Below, one piece after another: positions 8,523 through 15,606 of a stretch of DNA of 20,000 bases (within the stretch, counting starts at the first letter, position 1; each line of letters starts with the position of its first letter). This DNA comes from Dehalococcoidia bacterium (GTDB lineage Bacteria > Chloroflexota > Dehalococcoidia > DSTF01 > RBG-16-68-14): positions 60,348 to 80,347 of the forward strand of contig JBBEBM010000056.1 of the NCBI GenBank assembly GCA_040882355.1, written 5' to 3'. The notes under the pieces were generated by a model. The model searched no databases and was not told the origin of the DNA. It saw only the letters and a program-made list of their open reading frames with translations. The translations under genes and the position numbers were made by a program.

Positions 8523-8696
8523 GCTAGCTGGGCGCCGCCGTTTGCGGCCAGGTGGCACTGATTCGAGACAGCGTGGCCGAAGGTCGAAGCCGGGTCGCGC
8601 ACCGGGACCTGCCCGGCAGCGCGGAAGCCGGCCTTGCGCGGAGCGCCGTACAACCCGCATGGCTGAGCCCCTAGCCTCGATAGGTTGTTCGACTGG

Positions 8697-9020
8697 CTAC
8701 TCGGGACTCGCGCCATTGGCGTCCGGCACGAACTGCCGCCAGCCGTGAGCATCGTAGTCCATGCCGTAGACCCGCTTCAGGTCCGCGATCGCCTCCAGCT
8801 CCCGCTGGCTGTGCGGGCTTGCCGCCATCTCGCCCTCCTCGCCGGGGACCGGCTCGAATGAGTGCAGCACGATGTTCTCGAGGAGATCGCCCAGCGTGAC
8901 GCCGTCGAACTCGGCCAGTCCCTTGAGGACCTTCACCATGCGCTTCTCCATCCGAACACCGAGCTGCACGCGCTCCACACTCACCTGGTCTGCTGTTTCT
9001 GCCCGCTGCTTCCGCATCAT
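8697..9020 (-). CDS. Small hypothetical protein, RHH-like N-terminus
   Basis: GAGGAG RBS before ATG 9020; RVQLGVRMEKRMVKVLKGLAEFDGVTLGDLLENIV strand-helix-helix pattern. The ORF-track extension to 9215 runs through non-coding DNA. Confidence 0.8.
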   Translation of the reverse strand: MMRKQRAETADQVSVERVQLGVRMEKRMVKVLKGLAEFDGVTLGDLLENIVLHSFEPVPGEEGEMAASPHSQRELEAIADLKRVYGMDYDAHGWRQFVPDANGASPE

Positions 9021-9037
9021 CTGTTCGCTCCTCTCTG

Positions 9038-9098
9038 GTATGGTAGCTGTGTCCCGTGGGACGTAGCTACCATACACCAAACACGCGACCGCCGTCAA
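9038..9098 (-). promoter_or_regulatory. Promoter overlapped by a 38-bp inverted repeat
   Basis: GTATGGTAGCT-gt-GTCCC-gt-GGGAC-gt-AGCTACCATAC (9038-9075); minus strand TTGACG-N18-TATGGT. Confidence 0.6.
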
Positions 9099-9116
9099 GC
9101 CCCCACCGGGAGATCG

Positions 9117-9145
9117 CGAAAGCCGCCCGGATCGAGCGGCTTTCG
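9117..9145 (-). terminator. Terminator-like hairpin just downstream of the tRNA-Cys 3' end
   Basis: 10-bp stem CGAAAGCCGC/GCGGCTTTCG, 11 bp from the CCA. Confidence 0.65.
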
Positions 9146-9156
9146 TATTCGAAGCT

Positions 9157-9204
9157 TGGAGGCGACGACCGGATTCGAACCGGTGATCGGGGTTTTGCAG
9201 ACCC
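9157..9204 (-). mobile_element. 3' half of tRNA-Cys(GCA), att-like site
   Basis: Minus strand GGGT-CTGCAAA-ACCCC-GATC-ACCGG-TTCGAAT-CCGGT-CGTCGCC-TCCA. No D arm or 5' acceptor strand (GGCGACG) upstream. Confidence 0.88.
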
Positions 9205-9481
9205 TTCGGTCCCATGACAACGCATGATAGCCCGTCCAGTGATCTGAATCTACGTCGTATCTGGCGTGCCGACCGCCATCACGATCTCATGACGGTTGGT
9301 GCTAACCGATTATGGGCGGTTCGTTTGCAATTGCGTTTGCAGGACGGTGCGGTACTGATCGGCGTGATCTGAGACAGCGAGCCCAGACTGGGGCCGGGTG
9401 TTTATCGTCTTGTCGACGAGACTCGGAGGCGCGCGAGGGCCGGAACTGCCCGAAGTCATCTAGTCAACAGCCGGAATACGC

Positions 9482-9941
9482 ACGTCCACACGAATAGCAG
9501 AAGCCAGGGCACCAGCCGAAGAAACGCTCGCCAAGCTGGAACTCGGAGAGGGCCAGTCTCACTCCGATTGTCCTGCGCTGCCTTCGCTTGGCGCGGCTGA
9601 TCGGCGAGGGGAGGGCCGAGGCGTGGTTTCAATGTGAGCTGCGTGGATTCGGCAGTCATGTCGTGGCCGACAAGGACTGGCCTGAGTATGCGGAATGGAG
9701 CGGGCGCTACAACGGGCAGGACCGCCCGGACGGCTATCGGTTGTACTGGGTGGACGCCATCGAACAGATAGAGGGCCGCCTGAAGGTGGCACGGGTCGAG
9801 TTGCATCAGATTCGCACACCGGACGAGCCTATACGCGAATCCGCCGCCGCCTGGCGCGTGCTCGTCCTAGTTCTCATCGCGATTACAGCCGCCGCGTGGA
9901 CCTTCATTCTGTTGACCGAGACGGTGCTATCGGCGCCGTAG
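9482..9941 (+). pseudogene. Frameshifted AbiTii-like protein with C-terminal hydrophobic helix
   Basis: Removing one G at about 9551 joins IAEARAPAEETLAKLELGE to ASLTPIVLRCLRLARLIGEGRAEAWFQCELRGF...WPEY. C-terminus WRVLVLVLIAITAAAWTFILL. Confidence 0.55.
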
Positions 9942-10123
9942 GCGCATGGCCGTCTCCCTGCTCCGGGCCACCTGTTGCGCCTGCGGCAACGAGCAGGCGG
10001 TTAGGATTGGCCGCGACGACGACGCCATCGTGCCCGTTCACTGGGCGGCTGCGGCAGCCCGCTCCGTGTAGTTACTGACCGGAAGTTTGGCCTGCTCATG
10101 GGCACAGACGGTCGTCGAACCGA

Positions 10124-10324
10124 GGGCTTCCCCAGTCATCTGCTTTCACGATCTCCGGCACACGGCCGCCACGCTCCTGCTCGGCGAGGGCGTTCGCCCG
10201 AAAGTCGTAGCGGAGATGCTCGGCCACAGCCGGATCAGCACGACGATCGACTTGTACAGCCACGTCACCCCCGACGATGCAGCGTGAGGCCGTGGAGGCG
10301 TTGGATGCAGTGTTGACCCTGTAA
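10124..10324 (+). pseudogene. Tyrosine integrase C-terminal remnant
   Basis: FHDLRHTAATLLL...VAEMLGHSRISTTIDLYSHV (HxxR, LGH, catalytic Y). Removing one C of the run at 10268-10272 gives the tail TPTMQREAVEALDAVLTL*. N-terminal part absent. Confidence 0.9.
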
Positions 10325-10618
10325 TGAGAAAGGTGCTTAGGCATGTTGACACTAAGCTGTCCAAGTGGCATCCTAGGGACGACAGCACGGGATGCTTGCA
10401 GGAGCCGGAAATCTCAGCGATGCGTGCTTGAAGCTTGGAGCCCGCCGCCAGGCTTATGAAGAGAACCCCCCAGCGATAGAGCGAAGTCACGCATGTGGCC
10501 GTCCGTGTGTCTCCCCTTGGTTCGGCGCATCCGATATATTGGGTAGCGCCGTCTTCGGCCGCACCTGGCCTCGGGCCTTCAGCATTCGATACTATCTCCT
10601 AGCCAGCATGGAGGATTC

Positions 10619-11938
10619 ATGCGAGTTCTGCTGATCGGCGGCGGAGCCAGGGAGCATGCGATAGGCGAAGCCTTGGTGCGTGCGGGTGCCGAGTTATTTG
10701 TCGTTGCTCACAACGAGAACCCAGGCCTGGCTGAAATCGCCAAGGGGTTCCTTGACGAGGACGAAAAGAATGTAGCGCCAATCGTTGCGTGGGCTGCGGG
10801 ACAGCGAATTGGGATGGCGGTGATAGGCCTAGAAGATCCGCTGAAGGTCGGGCTCCCCGATGATCTGGCTGAGGCTGGCATACCAACCGTTGGGCCAACC
10901 ATGGCAGCCGCCCGCCTCGAAACGTCCAAACTCTTCGCCAGGGAGTTGATGCGTCGCCATGGAATCGGAGGCCAGGTCGACTACCACTACTTCACTGACG
11001 CCGACGAGCTGAGAGGGTTTCTGGCTACCACGGATAGACGCTTCGCACTGAAGCCAGTCGGTTTGACGGCCGGCAAAGGTGTGAGGGTGATGGGCATTCA
11101 GCTGCACTCGGCGGAGGAAGCCATCGAGTATGGCGAGAAGGTGATCAAGGAGCGCATCGGTGACGCTGCAGGTGTTGTTGTCGAAGAAGCGATCGAAGGT
11201 GAAGAATTCACTCTGCAAGCCTTTGTCGACGGCGAAGCAGTCATTCCAATGCCGCTGGTACGTGACTACAAGCGTGCCTACGAGGGTGACCTCGGTCCCA
11301 ACACGGGGAGCATGGGTTCCTACTCACAGGTTGACGGACTACTGCCATTCGTTACGGGGCGGGAGCGGGATGAGGCGTTAGCGATCCTGCGTGGCGTAGT
11401 TGCAGCGCTGAGAGACGAAGGGACTGTCTATCGCGGCATTCTCTATGGCCAATTCATGATGACTCAGGCTGGCGTAAAGGTCATAGAATTTAATGCACGG
11501 TTTGGAGACCCAGAGGCGCTGAATGTACTACCTCTGCTCGAGAATAACTTCCTGGAAGTCTGTGAAGGGATAATCAGCGGTGGTCTGAGTCAATACGAGA
11601 TGCGCTTCTCGCCGAAGGCAACGGTCTGCAAGTACATAACGCCTCCGAATTACCCTGACAATCCAGAGATAGTGCCGATTCGACTGGACCGCGCCGGTAT
11701 CGAGGCTGAGGGGGTGAAGCTGTACTTTGCGAAGGTCCAGGAGAAGGGCGAGCAACTGCTGACAACACCTTCGCGCTTTGCGGCTCTGGTGGGAGTGGCG
11801 GATAGCATCCCTGAAGCTGAGGAGGCAGTGGAGAGAGCCCTTAAGCACGTAGAGGGCCGCTACCACGTCCGGCACGACATCGGGACAGCAGCACTCCTAG
11901 GGGCCCGGCCAAGCACTGGCGCTGTCTCAGTGAATTAG
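10619..11938 (+). CDS. purD: Phosphoribosylamine--glycine ligase (GAR synthetase), archaeal-type sequence features
   Basis: GGGAREHAI, AARLETSKLFAR, KPVGLTAGKGV, DYKRAYEGDLGPNTGSMGSYS, EFNARFGDPE, RHDIG; GGAGG RBS. Confidence 0.93.
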   Translation: MRVLLIGGGAREHAIGEALVRAGAELFVVAHNENPGLAEIAKGFLDEDEKNVAPIVAWAAGQRIGMAVIGLEDPLKVGLPDDLAEAGIPTVGPTMAAARLETSKLFARELMRRHGIGGQVDYHYFTDADELRGFLATTDRRFALKPVGLTAGKGVRVMGIQLHSAEEAIEYGEKVIKERIGDAAGVVVEEAIEGEEFTLQAFVDGEAVIPMPLVRDYKRAYEGDLGPNTGSMGSYSQVDGLLPFVTGRERDEALAILRGVVAALRDEGTVYRGILYGQFMMTQAGVKVIEFNARFGDPEALNVLPLLENNFLEVCEGIISGGLSQYEMRFSPKATVCKYITPPNYPDNPEIVPIRLDRAGIEAEGVKLYFAKVQEKGEQLLTTPSRFAALVGVADSIPEAEEAVERALKHVEGRYHVRHDIGTAALLGARPSTGAVSVN

Positions 11939-11939
11939 C

Positions 11940-12437
11940 CTAGCGCGCCTGTCGCTGCGCAGCGCGCAGCAGCTGATTCATCATCCGCAACCAAGCGTCT
12001 TCGCCGCTGGGATGACGAAGGACGGCGAAGCCGGCGCTTGCCAACCTTGCTTCATCTGGCTCGCCAGCAAGCACCGCGACCAGGGTTCCAGGTGAGGTCT
12101 GGCGGAAACTCGCCACCGCCTCCTCGTTCAGCGCCAGGGTGTCGGCATCGATTAGCAGTAGCCCCCAGTTCATCGACGCTGGACCTGTTGCCTCGCTGAG
12201 TTCGTCGCCTGTGGCCAGAGGACGCGACCAGCGTATCTGGTCTGGTTGAAGGAACTTCTGGATCCTGGTCTCGTAGAGACCTCTGAGGCCGGCGTTGCGC
12301 AAGAGGATCAAGGCGTCGACCCTGCCTCGCTGCTCCTCGCCGTTGGGGCCAGCAGCCTGTCCGCCTGGGGAAGCGTAGCAAACGGAACAGAAGACTTGGC
12401 CCCGGGGCAGTTCAGTACGACACTCTGGGCATTTCAT
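11940..12437 (-). CDS. Zinc-ribbon protein with degenerate receiver-like domain
   Basis: CPEC-x10-CSVC; WGLLLIDAD...TLVAVLAG...AGFAVLRHP resembles REC b3-b5. Convergent with purD, 1 bp gap. Confidence 0.6.
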   Translation of the reverse strand: MKCPECRTELPRGQVFCSVCYASPGGQAAGPNGEEQRGRVDALILLRNAGLRGLYETRIQKFLQPDQIRWSRPLATGDELSEATGPASMNWGLLLIDADTLALNEEAVASFRQTSPGTLVAVLAGEPDEARLASAGFAVLRHPSGEDAWLRMMNQLLRAAQRQAR

Positions 12438-12442
12438 GGCGG

Positions 12443-12670
12443 GTTGCTGTCAGGCCGCCGTCGGCGGGCTGCTCGGCGGACAGGATAGACCGATTTCGAA
12501 TCTGCTTTGTGGCGCGCTCGGAGGGATTCGAACCCCGACCCTCGGTTCCGAAGTTCGCTTCCACAATATCACGGTTGACCTCGGTCGGCCACGTTCGAAT
12601 CTGCTCCCCGACAAGGTGGCCGCGCGGTTTGACCACCGCCGGTTGCTGTCATTCACGCCCGTTGCTGTCA
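12443..12670 (+). repeat. GTTGCTGTCA direct repeats (putative integrase arm-binding sites)
   Basis: Exact 10-mers at 12443-12452, 12642-12651 and 12661-12670; degenerate GTTGCTTTCG at 12771-12780. Confidence 0.65.
12510..12553 (-). mobile_element. 3' half of tRNA-Arg(TCG), att-like site
   Basis: Minus strand CTTCGGA-ACCGA-GGGTC-GGGG-TTCGAAT-CCCTC-CGAGCGC-GCCA. Similarity stops at the anticodon loop; the T stem seems one base short. Confidence 0.85.
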
Positions 12671-12814
12671 GCCGACTTACGCCAGCAGCCCGTCCTCGTC
12701 CTCGACTCGGAAGCGGCGGATCGTCTAGCCAAGCGCATAGGTGGGAAGCAAGCCGCGGTCTTACGCTACGGTTGCTTTCGCTGTCTTAGCTGCTACGTTC
12801 GCTTTCAGGGCCTT

Positions 12815-15586
12815 CTACTCCAGCCGCACCGAGTCGCTCACGCCCACGTCCTCGAGGATCTGTCGCAGATCGGCCTCGAGCTGGTCGGCGAGCTTGGCGT
12901 CCACGACGACGGACAGCTCCACGCCAACGCGCAGCTCAACGGCTGATCGCAGCTTCGGCAGGATCTTCGTTCCGAAGCGGTTCCACACCTCCGGGCTGAT
13001 GTTCCCGACGAGGCGGATGGTCCGCGTACCTTCCGCTGCGGCAGGCTCCTGCTCGCCAGCTACCGGGCTAGCTTCCTCCATGGTTGTCTCGCCCGGTGCA
13101 GGCGCGAGAGGGAGCGCTGGAGGCGCACCCCCCTGCCCCTTCAGCGCGACCGCCTTCGCTTTCGTCAGCAAGAAGACGCCGGCCTCGAACGCCACCTCAT
13201 CGGTCGCGATGGCCTGTTCGAACCAGACGCGGTCATACGTCCCGTCGGAGTGCTGACTCGACGCGAGACCGAATTCGCCGCGCTCGACGAACTCCGCGAC
13301 CTTCGTTCGCAGGACGGCGTCCGGGTCGAGCAGCCGCGTGAAGCTCCCATTCAGGAACGCCTGCCGGAGGCTGGAGAGGGGCCACGCTCCCGAATCGACA
13401 AGAGCGGGGGGCCAGTTCCGGTCAATGTAGCCGGCGCCAACCGACTCGTTTAGGAGACCTCCCGACTTGAGCGCCGTGACCATCCGACCGCACAGGGTCT
13501 CCGAGGCACTCGCGTGCCCGGCGCCAAGATCGATGACCTTCAGGCCGTCCGCTTCATTCTTGTCCAGCAGCACGACATACCGATACCCCGCCCAGACTTC
13601 GTCCTTCGCCGCTTCTTCGGCGTCCCTGACTTTCGCCTGAATCTCCGTGAGCTCGGACCTCTCGAACTCCGAGCCGAGCGTTCCCTCCTGCACCTCGCGC
13701 TGGACGCGTCGCCAGGCCAGCAGCAGCTCCACCTTGTCGCGCAGATCGCGGCCCGTCCTTCGCACGCACCAGACGAGCGCCGCCGGGTAAAGACGGTCCG
13801 AATTGCCGCGCTGGCGCGTCCACTCCGCGATGCGTTCGCGCAGAGCGCTTGCTCCGTTCCACTCCCAGTCAGGTTCGGCGACAACGATCGTCAGGCGCGG
13901 CGAGTCCTGGATCTCCGAGCTGTCTTTCGGGAAGGTCACCAGCGACAGCGTGGCGCCGCGGTCGAACTCCTTCTCGATGATGCGCCGCATCTCCGGGCGG
14001 ACATCTGCCTCCTCGTCCAGTGAGGCGCGGCGGTCGCTCACGACCTTGCTCAACTTTGGCTTGTAGCCGATGCGGTAGCCGTCGGAGCCAACCTTGCGAA
14101 TGAAGAAGGAACGCGAATCGAGTGCGCCGGCCGCAGTGTCGATGCTCGTCGTGTCGATCCCAGGCTCACCGAGGGCGAAGCGCAGCTCCGGGAGGTGAGC
14201 GGTCTTGTCCGCCTGCCCGCCTGACGACTCGAACAAAATCGACGTGGCCACGCGCCGATGAATGTCGCGCAGCGGACCCCTGGGCGTATCGGCGTCCAGA
14301 GCGCGAGAGTGAGCCGTCTCGCCTGCGATGTCAGCGTCGATGGCAGCGACGAGGCGGGACTCGCCCAACTGCCCCAGCACGATCCCCCTGAACTCAGGAG
14401 CCTCAAGGGGCGCCGAGCCGAGGGTGAGCAGCGGTTCGGCCCGTACCGATGTGAAGCCGTCTTTGTACGCCCGGGCCACCCACTGCGCAAGCATGGCGAG
14501 CGTGCCGCGCGTCTGCTGGTACTGCGGCAGGGCTTGCCATTTGCGCTGGAAGACGGAGAGCGTGGCCGGGTGGAACGGGTAGCACCGCTCGAAGCGATCA
14601 CGCAGGAACTCTCGCGCCTTCTTCTCCGTAGCCGATGAATCAATCGCCGTCCACTCCGGCGGCAACTGCGCGCGCCGTTCAAAGCACCACGACGCGTACT
14701 CCGCAGCCACCTTCGCGCGCACTGCGCCGTCACCGAGGCTCTCGAACAGCCGGCGACGCACAACCTCGCTGATCTCGCTCTCGTCGTTGACGATGAGGTC
14801 CTTTGCGACCCGGCGAACGATCTTCGTGATCCGCTCCTGCCACTCCATGTCCCAGTCAGCCATCTCGACCTGACTGCGTGGGAGGCTGATCACCACTGCG
14901 GTCGATGGCGTGCCGGTGGCGGCCACAGTGAGGTTCTGCAAGAAGTCGCGGAACGACTCCGCCCGGTCGCGGTAACGGCTGAGGAAGTTCAGCACCTCAT
15001 CGCAGAGGATGAGGACGCGACCTCCGGCCGCCTCGAAGAGCCGCCCGATCGCCTCGGTGCCTGGCGCAGTCGTCTTCGCGGTCTCGCCGAGCGCCTCGAC
15101 GCCAGCCGGGCCCGCAAGCTGGCGAGCAACATCGATCCACGGCGTCTCGCGGCCCTCGGCCGGGTCCCACGCGTTGCCGACGAACGCCGCGACCTTGGCC
15201 GCAGGCACGCTGTCGAGTTGGGCGCTCTCCAGTAGGCTTGCGACGCCGGGCAGCGCGTTCGCGTCAGCGCCGAGCCGCACGAGGTGGTAGAGCGTCGTGA
15301 GCGTGTGCGTCTTGCCGCCGCCGAACTGCGTAATCAATGTGAGGACCGGGGCGGTGTCCGCCGTCTCGCCCGCGAGTCGCCGAAGCGCCATCCCGGCGTG
15401 CTCCCGCAGCGCTCGCGTGAAGACGGTGCGCTCGAAGAACAGGCGCGGGTCCTTGTAGTCGTCGGGCGCCGTGCCTGCGATCACTTGCTCCAGCGCGATC
15501 GCGAACTCATCGGGGTTGAACGACCGCCCTTCGCGCACCTCCTTGCGCGGCGTGACGACCTTCCACCAGGGTTGCAGCGCAGCCAT
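12815..15586 (-). CDS. DUF499 domain AAA+ ATPase (COG1483-like, BrxC/PglY-related)
   Basis: W..VVTPR.EV, EFA..L, Y.DP..FF..T, Walker A QFGGGKTH, Walker B VLILCDE, EVVRRRLF, YPFHP, QQTRGTL; GGAGG RBS. Confidence 0.93.
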   Translation of the reverse strand: MAALQPWWKVVTPRKEVREGRSFNPDEFAIALEQVIAGTAPDDYKDPRLFFERTVFTRALREHAGMALRRLAGETADTAPVLTLITQFGGGKTHTLTTLYHLVRLGADANALPGVASLLESAQLDSVPAAKVAAFVGNAWDPAEGRETPWIDVARQLAGPAGVEALGETAKTTAPGTEAIGRLFEAAGGRVLILCDEVLNFLSRYRDRAESFRDFLQNLTVAATGTPSTAVVISLPRSQVEMADWDMEWQERITKIVRRVAKDLIVNDESEISEVVRRRLFESLGDGAVRAKVAAEYASWCFERRAQLPPEWTAIDSSATEKKAREFLRDRFERCYPFHPATLSVFQRKWQALPQYQQTRGTLAMLAQWVARAYKDGFTSVRAEPLLTLGSAPLEAPEFRGIVLGQLGESRLVAAIDADIAGETAHSRALDADTPRGPLRDIHRRVATSILFESSGGQADKTAHLPELRFALGEPGIDTTSIDTAAGALDSRSFFIRKVGSDGYRIGYKPKLSKVVSDRRASLDEEADVRPEMRRIIEKEFDRGATLSLVTFPKDSSEIQDSPRLTIVVAEPDWEWNGASALRERIAEWTRQRGNSDRLYPAALVWCVRRTGRDLRDKVELLLAWRRVQREVQEGTLGSEFERSELTEIQAKVRDAEEAAKDEVWAGYRYVVLLDKNEADGLKVIDLGAGHASASETLCGRMVTALKSGGLLNESVGAGYIDRNWPPALVDSGAWPLSSLRQAFLNGSFTRLLDPDAVLRTKVAEFVERGEFGLASSQHSDGTYDRVWFEQAIATDEVAFEAGVFLLTKAKAVALKGQGGAPPALPLAPAPGETTMEEASPVAGEQEPAAAEGTRTIRLVGNISPEVWNRFGTKILPKLRSAVELRVGVELSVVVDAKLADQLEADLRQILEDVGVSDSVRLE

Positions 15587-15606
15587 GTCTTACCCTCCGC
15601 TCGTTC

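Noticed and set aside
1724..9204. Ancestral Cys-Leu(TAA) tRNA cluster split by a 7.3-kb insertion
   Set aside because: Order and strand fit, but there are no flanking repeats or mobility genes, and the Cys end has its own hairpin.
9157..9230. Complete tRNA-Cys
   Set aside because: No D arm or 5' acceptor strand complementary to CGTCGCC.
10460..10618. ZTP or purine riboswitch upstream of purD
   Set aside because: Consensus elements not recognisable by eye; an Rfam/Infernal scan would settle it.
12510..12590. Complete tRNA-Arg
   Set aside because: The 5' anticodon stem, D arm and 5' acceptor strand are missing.
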